The position numbers and the translations under genes are program-made. Below the pieces are notes generated by a model. The model was not told the DNA's origin. It saw only the letters and a list, made by a program, of their open reading frames with translations, and did not search any database. From Candidatus Multivoraceae bacterium (GTDB taxonomy: Bacteria; Acidobacteriota; Thermoanaerobaculia; Multivoradales; Multivoraceae), in assembly GCA_965223385.1 (NCBI GenBank), contig CBDCWR010000007.1, positions 2,498,301-2,562,300 on the forward strand: DNA of 64,000 nt, in the 5' to 3' direction. Shown in pieces: positions 18,106 to 28,200 of the stretch; position 1 is the stretch's first letter, and each line of letters begins with the position of its first letter.

Positions 18106-20553
18106 CTAGGCGTCGGATCGGAGCGGCAGGAACCGCTTCAGGATGTTCTCTGTCTGCGTGGAGAACATCTCCCATCCGTAGCCTCCCGGAAGCTCTTGTG
18201 CGAAGAGATCGATGCCTCGGCCTCTCAGCTTCGGCAGGAGGCGCGCCACGGGCTCCTTGACCGACGTCGCTTCCAGATGCGCCTCGGAGTCGCGTGCGCA
18301 CCAGTCGATGTAGACCCGGGGCGTGTCGGTCGCACTCTCGAGGATGCGCTCGAGGTTGCGCTCGAAGGCGGCGTTGAGGTTCGGCGACTGTGCCGCCACG
18401 GCGCCGAACACGTCCGGGTGCCGCAGCGCGATGTCGAGCACGCGCGCGCCGTGCAGCATCGTGCCGGTGAGCACGCGGTCGGAGGCCTTCGTGGACAGGC
18501 TGTAGCGCTCCTCGAGCCACGGCAGCAGCTCCTCGAGGATCATGCGGGAGAAGAGCGGCCCTCGACTCGCCAGCGTCTCGTAGAACACGTTCATCTCGGC
18601 CGGCTCCGGGAGGTCGACGAACACGGCCACAGCCGGCTCCACCGAAACTCCCATCACGGCATCCAGGATCTCCGGCGTGCGCCCGAGGATGCGGTCGATG
18701 CCGCTCGCCACCAGGAGGAGCGGGTATTTGTGCCCCCCGTCGTAGCCGGCTGGTAGGTAGACGGTGACGTTGCGCTCGTTCTCGAGGATCGCGCTGGCGA
18801 AGTTGTGGTCTTCGGTGGTGCCGCGCTGCGCCGGCTCGGGGGCGCCGGGCGCGAGGGCCTCGGCCGGCTCGTAGTCGGGCATCAGCAGCAGCGACGACGG
18901 CAGCATGTTCGGTGAGCGCCGGGCGTTGTGCGGGTCGACCGTGGAGCGCTCGCCATCGACCTCGAAGCTGTACACGTACGCGCCCCGTCGGTCGAGGCTC
19001 TCGGTGCGGAACCAGAGGTCACCCGCAACCCGCTCCATCGGAACGGCGGACTCGACCGGCACGCCACCCGGGATCAAGGCGACGTCTTCGGCGTCGCTCC
19101 GAAACAGGAAGGTGACGGTGCCGTCGTCGTCGACCAGTGGAATCTCGTGCTCCCCGAGGAACGAGCTCGTGAGGGCGCCCCGCGCGTCTTCCGGCGCGGC
19201 CTCCCAGGCGTCGACGAACGAGGCGAGCCGGCCTGTGGGAACGAGGGCCGGATCGGTGTCGGTGACGAGCGCGCCCCTGCCGGGCGTGAGGCGGACGCGG
19301 AGCAGGCGATCGGGGGCGCGCAAGAGGAGGCCGTCGCCGGTCCAGGTCGGATTGGTCAGACTGGCGTTGTCGAGCAGCTGCGTTTCGCCGAGGAGACCCA
19401 GGCCTTCGCTCGATGGGTCGGCGAAGAGCAGGCGGCCGTCGACGGTCCACAGCGCGAGCATGCGATCGAGGAGCAGCGCCGAGCCGGGCCCCACGCCGCG
19501 GATCTTCCAGTGCCGCTCTCCGGTCGCGGCGTCGAGGCCCACGAAGAAGTCGCGACTCCAGCCGTACAGGTTGCCACCCTGCACCACGGGAATCCCGTAG
19601 CTCCTCTTGAGATCGCTGTTGCGCCACGTCTCCTCGACGGTCGTCGTGCCGCCCGCGCTCGACAGCCGGAAGCCGGCGACGTCGATCTGAGTGGTCACGG
19701 CGTAGGAGTCCGAGCCCGTCACGACGACGGTGTTGGAGTGGTTCTCGGGCTCGTTGCGGTACTGCGACTGCCAGAGGACGGTTCCTTCACTGGAGTCCAG
19801 GCCGAGCACCTTCGTCCCCGTCACGGCAACCAGCTGGCGGCGCCCCTGAAGATCGGCGAGGAGCGGAGACTGGTAGGCGACCCGGTCGTCGCCCGTCTGC
19901 CAGGCGACCTTTCCGGTCTTCGCCTCGAACGCCATCACGCTCCGGCCGTCGTCGCCGCCGTTCTGCACGACGAGCAGGTCACCGAGCAGAAGTGGCGACG
20001 TGGAGACGCCGTAGCTGAACGGCCGCGCGCCATGCTCCTCCGTGAGCTCGGTCTGCCATGCCGGCGTGCCCGTGTCGGTTCGGAGCGCAAACAGGCGACC
20101 GCGCGGGCCGAGGCCGAAGACGAGGCCGTCGCTCACGGCGGGCGAGCTGATCGGTCCGTCATCCGAGCCGTCGCGCCCCTTCCACGTGGGGCCCATGTCG
20201 TAGGTCCAGAGCTCTTCGCCCGTTTCGAGAGAGAGCGCCGCGAGGATGTCGCGCGTGCCGTCCGAGTAACCGAGGAACGCGCGCGCACCTTCCAGCGCGA
20301 CCTGGGTGTAGCCGGGGCCGAGCGGGCGGCTCCAGACCGTCTCCACGACGGGCGGGCCTTGGGCCGGGTCGAGCCCGGTCCCCTCGACGTGCAGGTTGAC
20401 GCCCGCGCCGCCCATGAACTGGCTCCAGGGGCCTTCGGATGTGGTGGCTCGCGCAGGAGCGTTGCCGACGAGCAGGGCGAAGAGAAGGGTGGCTCCGGCA
20501 CGGGTCGCCATTCGACGGGGTGCAGATTGGAACCGACGCTGCGTTGGACTCAT
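18106..20553 (-). CDS. Secreted PQQ-like beta-propeller fused to a C-terminal esterase (enterochelin-esterase/esterase-D-like) domain.
   Basis: RBS GGGAGAAA sits before the ATG at 20553, followed by the signal peptide MATRAGATLLFALLVGNAPARA. Repeated G.L.ALD..TGE.LW motifs are present. The C-terminal 350 aa resemble putative esterases (PLLLV..G...........D.....G). Confidence 0.7.
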   Translation of the reverse strand: MSPTQRRFQSAPRRMATRAGATLLFALLVGNAPARATTSEGPWSQFMGGAGVNLHVEGTGLDPAQGPPVVETVWSRPLGPGYTQVALEGARAFLGYSDGTRDILAALSLETGEELWTYDMGPTWKGRDGSDDGPISSPAVSDGLVFGLGPRGRLFALRTDTGTPAWQTELTEEHGARPFSYGVSTSPLLLGDLLVVQNGGDDGRSVMAFEAKTGKVAWQTGDDRVAYQSPLLADLQGRRQLVAVTGTKVLGLDSSEGTVLWQSQYRNEPENHSNTVVVTGSDSYAVTTQIDVAGFRLSSAGGTTTVEETWRNSDLKRSYGIPVVQGGNLYGWSRDFFVGLDAATGERHWKIRGVGPGSALLLDRMLALWTVDGRLLFADPSSEGLGLLGETQLLDNASLTNPTWTGDGLLLRAPDRLLRVRLTPGRGALVTDTDPALVPTGRLASFVDAWEAAPEDARGALTSSFLGEHEIPLVDDDGTVTFLFRSDAEDVALIPGGVPVESAVPMERVAGDLWFRTESLDRRGAYVYSFEVDGERSTVDPHNARRSPNMLPSSLLLMPDYEPAEALAPGAPEPAQRGTTEDHNFASAILENERNVTVYLPAGYDGGHKYPLLLVASGIDRILGRTPEILDAVMGVSVEPAVAVFVDLPEPAEMNVFYETLASRGPLFSRMILEELLPWLEERYSLSTKASDRVLTGTMLHGARVLDIALRHPDVFGAVAAQSPNLNAAFERNLERILESATDTPRVYIDWCARDSEAHLEATSVKEPVARLLPKLRGRGIDLFAQELPGGYGWEMFSTQTENILKRFLPLRSDA

Positions 20554-20747
20554 GTTTCTCCCGAGTGGCAGAGACTCCGTCTTCGTTCGCGAAGGCTCAC
20601 GTTCGAGACAACGTCGGGCTCGCCGCGATTCGGACATGGCGACACATCGTCCGAGGCTGCGGTTCCCGACGACCGCAGAATAGCCTCCTCCGACGACCAG
20701 CGTGTCCATCTGGGAATCCGAATTCCGTGAACTGTGTCGAGGTCACC

Positions 20748-22452
20748 ATGCCCGAGCGACACGCCCGACAGCCCTGCGCAGAGTCATCCCGGGTCGCCCG
20801 GAGCGCTGCCCTTGCGGCCGCGCTGCTCCTTCTGGCTGCGGCCAGCGGGCTGGCGCAGCCGAGCCCCGCGCTCGACTGCGCCGACCTCTGGGAGGCCGGC
20901 TTTCCGTCGCACGGTTTCCTGGCGGATCTCACGTCGTTTCCCTGCGAGCCGGTCGATGCGGGCCTCTCTGGCCTCGCCTATCCAGGGCAGCTCTATCGGT
21001 CCACACTGCCTCGGGCCGGGACCGACCCGCTGGGCGCCGAAGGTCTCCAGGATCTCCTTGGCGCTTTGGAGCACTCGAGCCAGACCTTCGCCAAGTACGG
21101 CACGGTTCCAGAGATGGCCGTGATTCTGGTCGACGAGGAGTCGCCGAGGCTCACGTCCGCCGCAACAGCCTTTCTGGGCCATGCCCGGGCCGAAGAGCCC
21201 TGCCCCGTCATCGTGTGGAAGGCGAACGCCGAGCTTGACCTGGACCGTGCGTCGCAGACCGTCGCGCACGAGGTCTACCACTGCTTCCAATGGGCGAACT
21301 TCGGCGTCTCGGAGACGCTGTGGTGGGTCGAAGGCACCGCCGAGTACTTCAGCAACGTGGCCTATCCCAGCGCGAACTGGGAGCATGCGGAGACCGTGGA
21401 GTATTCCCAGTACGCGACGCCTGAAGCCGCGAACTACGGGAGTGCGGCTCTGTTTCAGGCGCTCGTGAACCAGGAGGGCTTCGATCACGCGGCGCTCATG
21501 GAGCTGCAGCGACGCCTGATCTCCGACATTTCGTGGGCCTGCGTGCTGGCGACCTGGGCGGGGATGCCCGAGCTCTTCCACGAGTTTGGCCAGGGCTTTG
21601 CCCAGAGGTTCGTCGCCGACACGGGGGGGTGGCTCCATCGCGCTCAGCGAGCCGAGCTACGGGCACGTGGTCGACCTGTTCGGCGATCGCACGAACTTCA
21701 GGAGCTACGGCGACGGAAGCGCTCCAGTGGATGTCGGGACCAAGACGGAGCTCGAGATCGATCCCTACGATCTGCACACCGTCGCGTTGGGCTTCTGGGA
21801 GCCCGGGGTGTACCACCTTCGCTGGACCGCAGACAACGAGAGCTTCCGAGTGTCGAGTCTGGAGCTCAACAGCTCGACCTGGCAGTCGGGAGAGCTCGTC
21901 GTGGCCGCCTGCGAAGATCTGTCCTACGAGGTCCTCCTCACCGCGCTGTCGGAGGCTCCGGACCAGCCGGTCCGCGTGACGCTCGAGGTCGAGTTCGAGA
22001 AGGGTTGCGCCTGCGAACGCGCCGTACGGGGGTGTCTCGAGGGAGTTTGGGAGATGGCCCCAGACTCGTTGATCGCGTCGGTCTACGGAGGCTCGGGTGA
22101 CGTCGAGCTCTTCGAAGGGGCGCTGCGTCTGCGCATCGCACCAGACGGAAGCGTGCTGAAGCACTTCGACGAGGTTCGTTTCGTCGCGAACGGAGGTGCT
22201 CTCGACTTCCTGACCGACGGCGTCGTCGCGGCCTGCTTTCGGGCCGTGGGCCCGGGCTTCATGAAGGTGAACGAGATCTTCGATCGCGTGGTGCGCACGA
22301 ACATCATCACCCACGAGGGGCGAGGGCCCGAGCGGTCCGAGCTCCCGGGTGAGAACCCGTTGACGCGCTGGAAAGGGATGGTGCGCTACACCTGCCGCGG
22401 CGACATTCTGAAGATCGGCAACCGCCAGTACGATCGCGTGCCCATGGAGTAG
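20748..22452 (+). CDS. Secreted HExxH zinc-metalloprotease-like protein, interrupted by an apparent +1 frameshift at a G7 run (about 21621-21632).
   Basis: Signal peptide MPERHARQ..AALAAALLLLAASGLAQP. HEVYH...WWVEGTAEYF (HExxH plus a downstream Glu). The frame-0 translation degenerates into Arg-rich nonsense after ..FVADTGG. Frame +1 continues a plausible protein (SIALSEPSYGHVVDLF...) to 22452. Confidence 0.55.
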
Positions 22453-22462
22453 GGGCGCTCGC

Positions 22463-23212
22463 TCAGGACCAGAGTCCGCGCTCCGCAAGCACCTCGCGGA
22501 GCAGGGCAGGCTTGTCGGTCATGATGCCGTCGACCCCGCGATCGAGCAGGCGCTCCATCTGGCGGCGCGTGTCGATGGTCCACACGTGCACGGCGATGCC
22601 GAGCCGCTGAGCACTGCGGATCATCCACCGGTCGGTCAGCGGGATGCCGCGATGACTCGTCGGGATCTGTGCGACGCGGCCCGCGGCGCGCCGGGGGGAA
22701 AGGCCCAGCCGCAGGCGACGCACGGCGCGGGGGCCGAGGCCGAGGCAGAGGCGATGTCCGAAGCGGTCGGAGAAGCGGCGCAGCCGCTCGTCGCTGAACG
22801 CGCCGACGCAGACCCGGTCCAGGTTCGTCTGCGCGAGCACGCGCATCAGCGGCTCGGCCACCCGATCGTCTTTGGGGTCGATGGTCAGGCGCAGTTCGGG
22901 AAAGGTGCTCAGGATCTCTTCCAAGAGGGGGATCGCCTGCCCGCCCGCGAGGCGGATCTTGCGGAGCTGGCCCCATGTGAGCTCACCGATGTGGCCGAGA
23001 TGCTTGCCTCCGGTGACGCGCGCGAGGTTGTCGTCGTGGAATGCGACCACGCGGCCATCGGCGCTGGCGTGCACGTCGGTCTCGGCGTAGCGGTAGCCCA
23101 ACTGGACCGAGTGCTCGAACGCCGCCATCGTGTTCTCGACGTTCTCGAGCGCGCCGCCGCGATGGGCGATGGCAACCGGGCCGGGGTGGTCGAGAAAGGC
23201 GTGGCGGGTCAC
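22463..23212 (-). CDS. Glycerophosphodiester phosphodiesterase (GDPD family).
   Basis: IAHRGG...ENT..AF motif and E.D......DG..V..HD. Confidence 0.85.
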   Translation of the reverse strand: MTRHAFLDHPGPVAIAHRGGALENVENTMAAFEHSVQLGYRYAETDVHASADGRVVAFHDDNLARVTGGKHLGHIGELTWGQLRKIRLAGGQAIPLLEEILSTFPELRLTIDPKDDRVAEPLMRVLAQTNLDRVCVGAFSDERLRRFSDRFGHRLCLGLGPRAVRRLRLGLSPRRAAGRVAQIPTSHRGIPLTDRWMIRSAQRLGIAVHVWTIDTRRQMERLLDRGVDGIMTDKPALLREVLAERGLWS

Positions 23213-23262
23213 GATCGTCCGAGTCTACGCCTGGGCAGGAGCCGCGCTTGTGCCACCTCGCC

Positions 23263-24030
23263 TCAGCCGCCGCTCAGGATGCTCGCTCCCGCAACACCGA
23301 AGACGAAGGCGAGTCCGAGAAGCATCGGGGTCGCGGCGAGGAGCACGAAGAAGCCGACCGCCAAGAGGCCGCGCCAACCTGGTGGGCTGCGATCGGGCTC
23401 CCGCACGACCACGGTATCGGCCACCATGTCGAAGGCGCGTTGCTTCTTCTCGCTGAACGGCACGAAGAGGGCGTCGAGCGCGAGGAACTCGAAGTAGAGC
23501 GACAGCCGGCGGACGATCGCCTGCCCCCAGCCGATCTCCGCGCCGCTCTCGTCGCGGACGCGCAGGCGCATCAGGTGTTTGCCGGGCGTCTTGCCGAAGC
23601 GCTTCTCGAACACCGGGAAGTACAGGACGGCGATGCCGACGTAGGCCATGCCGAGGGCCATGATGGCGGCGACGGCGAAGATGGCTGGGAGCTCCACGTC
23701 GCTCGACCCGTCGAGCGCCTGCAGGCGCGGCAGCAGGAGGAGCACCAGGCCGAAGATCGGCAGAGCTCCGGTCACCAGAACGCCGAGGTCGGCGAAGAAG
23801 GCCGCGACGCGACGCCAGAAGCCCGCGTGCTCCAGCTCGACATCCTCCATGAGCTCGGCGGCCACGTCGTCGGGTGCGCCGAGTCGCGCCGCGACGGCGG
23901 CGGCCGATTCGCCGTCTTCCCGTGCCCGCGCGAAGTGGGCGCGCAGGTCGCTCTCGATGCTCGCGCGACGCGACTCCGGGACCCAGATGCGACGCAGCAC
24001 GTTGTGGACATAGCGATCTTCGATGGGCAT
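23263..24030 (-). CDS. Transmembrane protein with an N-terminal HAAS-like helical domain and a C-terminal RDD-family domain.
   Basis: RBS AAGGAAGGAAG before the ATG at 24030. The start overlaps the PadR stop (TGATG). The N-terminus (Y.HNVLRRI..P......DLRAHF....EDG.S...V.A.LG.P..VA.EL) fits the PadR-associated HAAS pattern. TM helices follow, then ..RFGKTPGKHLMRLRV.. of the RDD domain. Confidence 0.65.
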   Translation of the reverse strand: MPIEDRYVHNVLRRIWVPESRRASIESDLRAHFARAREDGESAAAVAARLGAPDDVAAELMEDVELEHAGFWRRVAAFFADLGVLVTGALPIFGLVLLLLPRLQALDGSSDVELPAIFAVAAIMALGMAYVGIAVLYFPVFEKRFGKTPGKHLMRLRVRDESGAEIGWGQAIVRRLSLYFEFLALDALFVPFSEKKQRAFDMVADTVVVREPDRSPPGWRGLLAVGFFVLLAATPMLLGLAFVFGVAGASILSGG

Positions 24031-24401
24031 CAGCTTCCTTCCTTTCGGGTGCTGTCGAGGAGTCGGTCGACGTGGTCGCGGTAGCTGCGCCACTCGTCTT
24101 CGAGGTGCCGTTTGCGGACGTGACCCGTGTTGGTGAGGCGGTAGTACTTGCGTGGCACGCCACGGTCGGGCTTCGACCACTCGGGCGCGATGTGCCCCTG
24201 ATCTTCGAGGCGGTAGAGCACCGGGTAGACGGTGCCCTCCTTGAGCTCGAGGCCGCCACTGCGCTCTTCGAGCTCGGAGACCAGCTCGTAGCCGTACTTC
24301 GGACGCTCTTCCAGGAGCGAAAGGAGGAGCAGCTCCAGGGTGCCGCGGCGCAGCTCGCGGGCGAGCCCGACGCGGGGCCTGGCTGCGCGTTTTCGAGGCA
24401 C
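24030..24401 (-). CDS. PadR family transcriptional regulator.
   Basis: GTG start at 24401. The winged HTH (LELLLLSLLEERPKYGYELVSELEERSGGLELKEGTVYPVLYRLE) is the PadR hallmark. Confidence 0.8.
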   Translation of the reverse strand: MPRKRAARPRVGLARELRRGTLELLLLSLLEERPKYGYELVSELEERSGGLELKEGTVYPVLYRLEDQGHIAPEWSKPDRGVPRKYYRLTNTGHVRKRHLEDEWRSYRDHVDRLLDSTRKEGS

Positions 24402-24422
24402 GACTAGATATACGGTATGAGC

Positions 24423-24447
24423 ATGTACTTGGTTGCGCCAAGTATAC
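24423..24447. promoter_or_regulatory. Candidate PadR operator: inverted repeat TACTTGG-n5-CCAAGTA in an AT-rich leader upstream of the PadR gene.
   Basis: 7-bp perfect arms with a 5-nt spacer. The site is embedded in ATGTACTTGGTTGCGCCAAGTATAC, in the only AT-rich stretch of the region. Confidence 0.45.
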
Positions 24448-24481
24448 TCTGACCCAGCACGATGCCGCTGGAGGCCTGCCC

Positions 24482-25141
24482 TCAGAAGCGGTAGCCGAGG
24501 CCCACGGCGACCGAGACCGGGTCGAGATCGAGATCCTCGCCGGCTCGCTCCGATTCGAGCAGGAGCGCGCTGGCGCGAAGCTCCGTGTTCAAGAACCAGG
24601 CGTCGCCGAGCGGGATGTCCGCCCCGACCTTGAGACCGAAGCCGAGATCGTCGTCGAACCGCAGCTTGGTCTCCCGGGTGGTCCCCGCGAAGAAGGTGAC
24701 GTCGGAGAAGTTGCCCTGGGTAACGAAGGGGCCGAGGGTCCAGTCGACCCGGGAGTCGCGGGAGGCGAACGGATGCCAGTCGAAGCCGACGAGCCACGCA
24801 TACGTGCTCATCGACCGGGTCTCGCGGAGGCCGGCACTGGCGCCGACCCCGGTGAGCTCGTTGTCGAATTCGCCGATCTGGGCACCGATCTCGAGACTGA
24901 ATCGGGGGGAGAACGCGTACTCCAGGGAGATGCCCAAGGCGAGCCCTTCACCGCTCGTGTCGTGGTCGGCGCGGAGGTCGGGTGGCTCGATGCGTGTCGG
25001 ATCGCTCGCCAGAGTGAGGAGGCTGGCCGAGGCCTGCACCTTCCACTTGTCCTCCCAGATCTGAGCATGGAGTGCGGTCGTGCCGAGGAGGGCCGTTACG
25101 AGAACGACGAGGGGTTTCGAGGGCCCGGTTCCGAGCTTCAT
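24482..25141 (-). CDS. OmpW-family outer-membrane beta-barrel protein.
   Basis: Signal peptide, alternating beta-strand hydrophobicity, and a C-terminal ..GLGYRF. Confidence 0.7.
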   Translation of the reverse strand: MKLGTGPSKPLVVLVTALLGTTALHAQIWEDKWKVQASASLLTLASDPTRIEPPDLRADHDTSGEGLALGISLEYAFSPRFSLEIGAQIGEFDNELTGVGASAGLRETRSMSTYAWLVGFDWHPFASRDSRVDWTLGPFVTQGNFSDVTFFAGTTRETKLRFDDDLGFGLKVGADIPLGDAWFLNTELRASALLLESERAGEDLDLDPVSVAVGLGYRF

Positions 25142-25271
25142 CTGGGAGCTCCGTGACGGCGGATGTCCGCCGAGCCAAGTGATCGGAAGAGTGCCGCTGC
25201 GTGCAGCAGCCGGCTCCCTCCTGAAGATGCGAGTGGAGGGGAGATCCTCTGTGCCGGCGCGCAGGGGATGA

Positions 25272-28200
25272 TCACTCGTCGGCGTCGCGCGACGGGCTGC
25301 CGTGCCCGCCGGTCTCGATCTTCTTCAGCGCGCTGACGAGGTCCTTGAAGCGGTCCACCTGCTTCAAGGTCCGCTCCGTGAGCTGCTCGAGGCGAGCGTC
25401 GGGCTCGATCTCCTGGCGCTTCATCCAACGGGAGAGGTCCTTGAGCACGTCCATGACGCCGGTGTCGATGTTTTCCGAGAGCTCGTCGATGAGGTCGTAG
25501 ACGCCGGGCTGCAGCGTCTGCACCACCCGCACCGTCTCGCCGCTCCCCTGCGGCAGCTGCACGTTGGCGATGGCGCCGCCGATGGCCTGCATGCCGCGGA
25601 CGAGCCGGTCCAGCTGCCGGGTCACGGCTTCCACCTGGGCCGAGGAGATCGAGCCCGGGGCGGGTGAGGAGCTCGTCGGCGGCAGCGTCATGCTGCTCGA
25701 GCGTCGCTTCCCGCCGGTCTCCTCCGGCTCGGGCAGCTCCATGAGTGCGGGGGACTCGGCGGGGGCAGGCGCCGGCGCCCGGCTCGCCGCAACGTGCGTC
25801 GCCTGGGCCGTGGCCTGTGCCAGGGTGTCGAGCGTCTCCTGCAGCTTGTCCACGTAGGGGCCGAGGTCGAGCTCCACGCGCTGTGGCTCGGTGGACGAGG
25901 CTTCGGCCGCCTCGGCCCGGCGCTCCATGCGCTGGGCGATCGCGGCGTCGACACGGGCCGACACGAGCCGCGAGAGGCGCTCCTGCGAGGGCTCCGCGTC
26001 GTCTTCACGCGTGTCGGACTCTCTCTGCGCTTCGGACGCCGCCTCGATGCTCGCCCCGATCGTGCTGCCGATCTCTCCGAGCCGATCGGACAGCAGGCCG
26101 AGCGTGCCGGTGACGCGGGTGACCGGGTCGTCCTCGGCACCACCCATTGCCCGCGTGCGGAGGAACCCCTGCTTGATGCTCTCCCAGCGCGCAGCCTCTT
26201 CGTCGGTGAGCACGCCGCGCAGCTCGCGCAGCTTGAGGATGTTCTGCTCGGCTCCGGTGGTCAGCGTCTGCGCCTCGCCGGCGTAGTGGTCGTCGAGGAG
26301 GGCCTCCATCTCTTCGTCGTTCATCACGGCGACGATCTTCTCCGCAAGCTTGTTCATGTTGCGGTAGGAGCCCTGCAGCTGGAACGGCGGCTCGGTGCGG
26401 TAGTTGTCGTCCTGCGCGGCGGAGGCGATGTACTGCTGGTTGACCGCGAGCAGCACCTCCTGTGCACGCAGCAGCTTGCGCAGTACGGCCAGGATCTCGT
26501 TCACCTCTGCAGCCGAGTACGGATGTGAAAGCTGGTCGATGGCTGCGGGTTCCGACCCGACCTGGACCGACTTTCCTTTGGCCATGTCGACCAGCTGATG
26601 GACGTCTTTCGGGTCCCGTCCGGCCAGCGGTGCGAGCACCGGGTTGGAGGTGAGCGAGTTCTCGATGTAGCTGAGCGCAAAAAGATCGTCTTTGCCTTCG
26701 AGCACGTCACCCAGGTTGTAGACGTCGGCGCGGTTGGCCAGCATGTCGGGAATCTGGAAACGCTCACCGGCCTCCGTGTACGGGTTGCCGGCCATGCACA
26801 CGGCGAACTTCTTGCCGCGCAGGTCGTACGTCTGCGTGCGTCCCTTCCACACACCCTCCACGCGGCGTTGCGCGTCGCACAGCGAGATGAACTTCTGCAG
26901 CAGCTCGCTCGACGTGTGCTGGATGTCGTCGAGGTAGAGCAGCACGTTGTTGCCGAGCTCGAAGGCGAAGTTGATCTTCTCGACCTCCTGGCGCGCGGTG
27001 GCGTTCGGCGCGTCGGCCGGGTCGAGCGAGTTGACGCCGTGGCCCAGGGCCGGGCCGTTCACCTTCACGAACACGAGGCCGAGCCGGTTTGCGACGTACT
27101 CCATGACCGTCGTCTTGCCATAGCCGGGCGGCGAGATCAGCAGCAGGAGGCCCATGAGGTCGGTGCGCTTGGCATCGCCGAAGGCCCCGATCTGCTTCGC
27201 GAGGTTGTCGCCGATGAGCGGCAGGTAGACCTCCGACAGGAGACGGTTGCGCACGAACGAGCTCATCACCCGCGGCTGGTACTCCGAGATGCGGAGCCGC
27301 TCCCGCTGCCCCTCGAGCAGCTCGTGGCGCTGGGCCTGGAAGTTGCGGAAGCCCGGAGCGGTCTCCGCCACGTGGGAGTCGATGCGCGCGAGGAAACGGT
27401 CGAGGCGTAGGTCGAGCTCGCCGCGCTCGACGCGCGGGTGCTGACCCAGGAGCCCGCGCACCGTGGAATGGGTGCGCGCGTGACTCTCGAGACGGCTCAG
27501 CCCTTCGCCGGCGGTCACGAGAAGGGCTGCCAGCTCGAGCTCGGGGCCGGGTCCGATCGTGTCGGGGGTTGCGGCTTCGGTGCCCGAAGCAGCGTCGCCC
27601 GGCGCGCTCGGCACGATCACGCTGCGAATCCATGCCCGCGCCAGCGCGATCCGCTCGCGCAGTGACGAGAGCTTGCGGAGGTCGCCGTCGAGCTCGCGCT
27701 CGAGCTGGTGGTCGCGCAGCGCCCGATCGAGGGAGTCGCGGAGCGCGAGCGCTTCCGGTCCGAGCACGAACTCGAGCCGATCGCGCCCCAGCTCTTCCGC
27801 GAGGTAGTGTCCGGCGGCGACCGAGGAGAAGGCGGGGAAGTCGAGAGCCTGCGCCTCGACGAAGGTCACGACCTCGGCTCCGATCTCCCGGGCCAGGTCG
27901 GTGATGGCTCGGCTCTGGCCGAGCGCTCCGCGAAGACGAACGAGGCTCTGGGCCCGCGTCTGGAGGGTCTCCTGAGCCTCGCGCTCGAGGCCGTACGTCC
28001 AGTAGAGGATCGCGGCGGCGCGTGCGGTGCCGCTGTAGCGCAGGAGGCCGCCAGTGGATGCGAGCGACAGCGCCTGCGTCAGGATGAGCGCTGCATCAGC
28101 GTCGTGGACTCCGCGCTCGTAGCCCTCGTCGTAGCGCTCCGTGGTGACCTCGCGCACGAGGTCGAGCACCGTTTCGGTCTCCACGGCCTCGTGCAGCCGC

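Noticed and set aside
20439-20747. N-terminal 103 codons of track ORF 20439..22100.
   Set aside because: The sequence is non-protein-like and overlaps the divergent PQQ-esterase gene. A signal peptide and a GAGGT RBS support the start at M104 (20748).
23263-24441. Full 392-aa extent of the track ORF, including a 137-aa Arg/Pro-rich N-terminal extension.
   Set aside because: The extension overlaps the PadR gene in another frame. A strong RBS (AAGGAAGGAAG) and the HAAS-type N-terminus support the start at M138 (24030).
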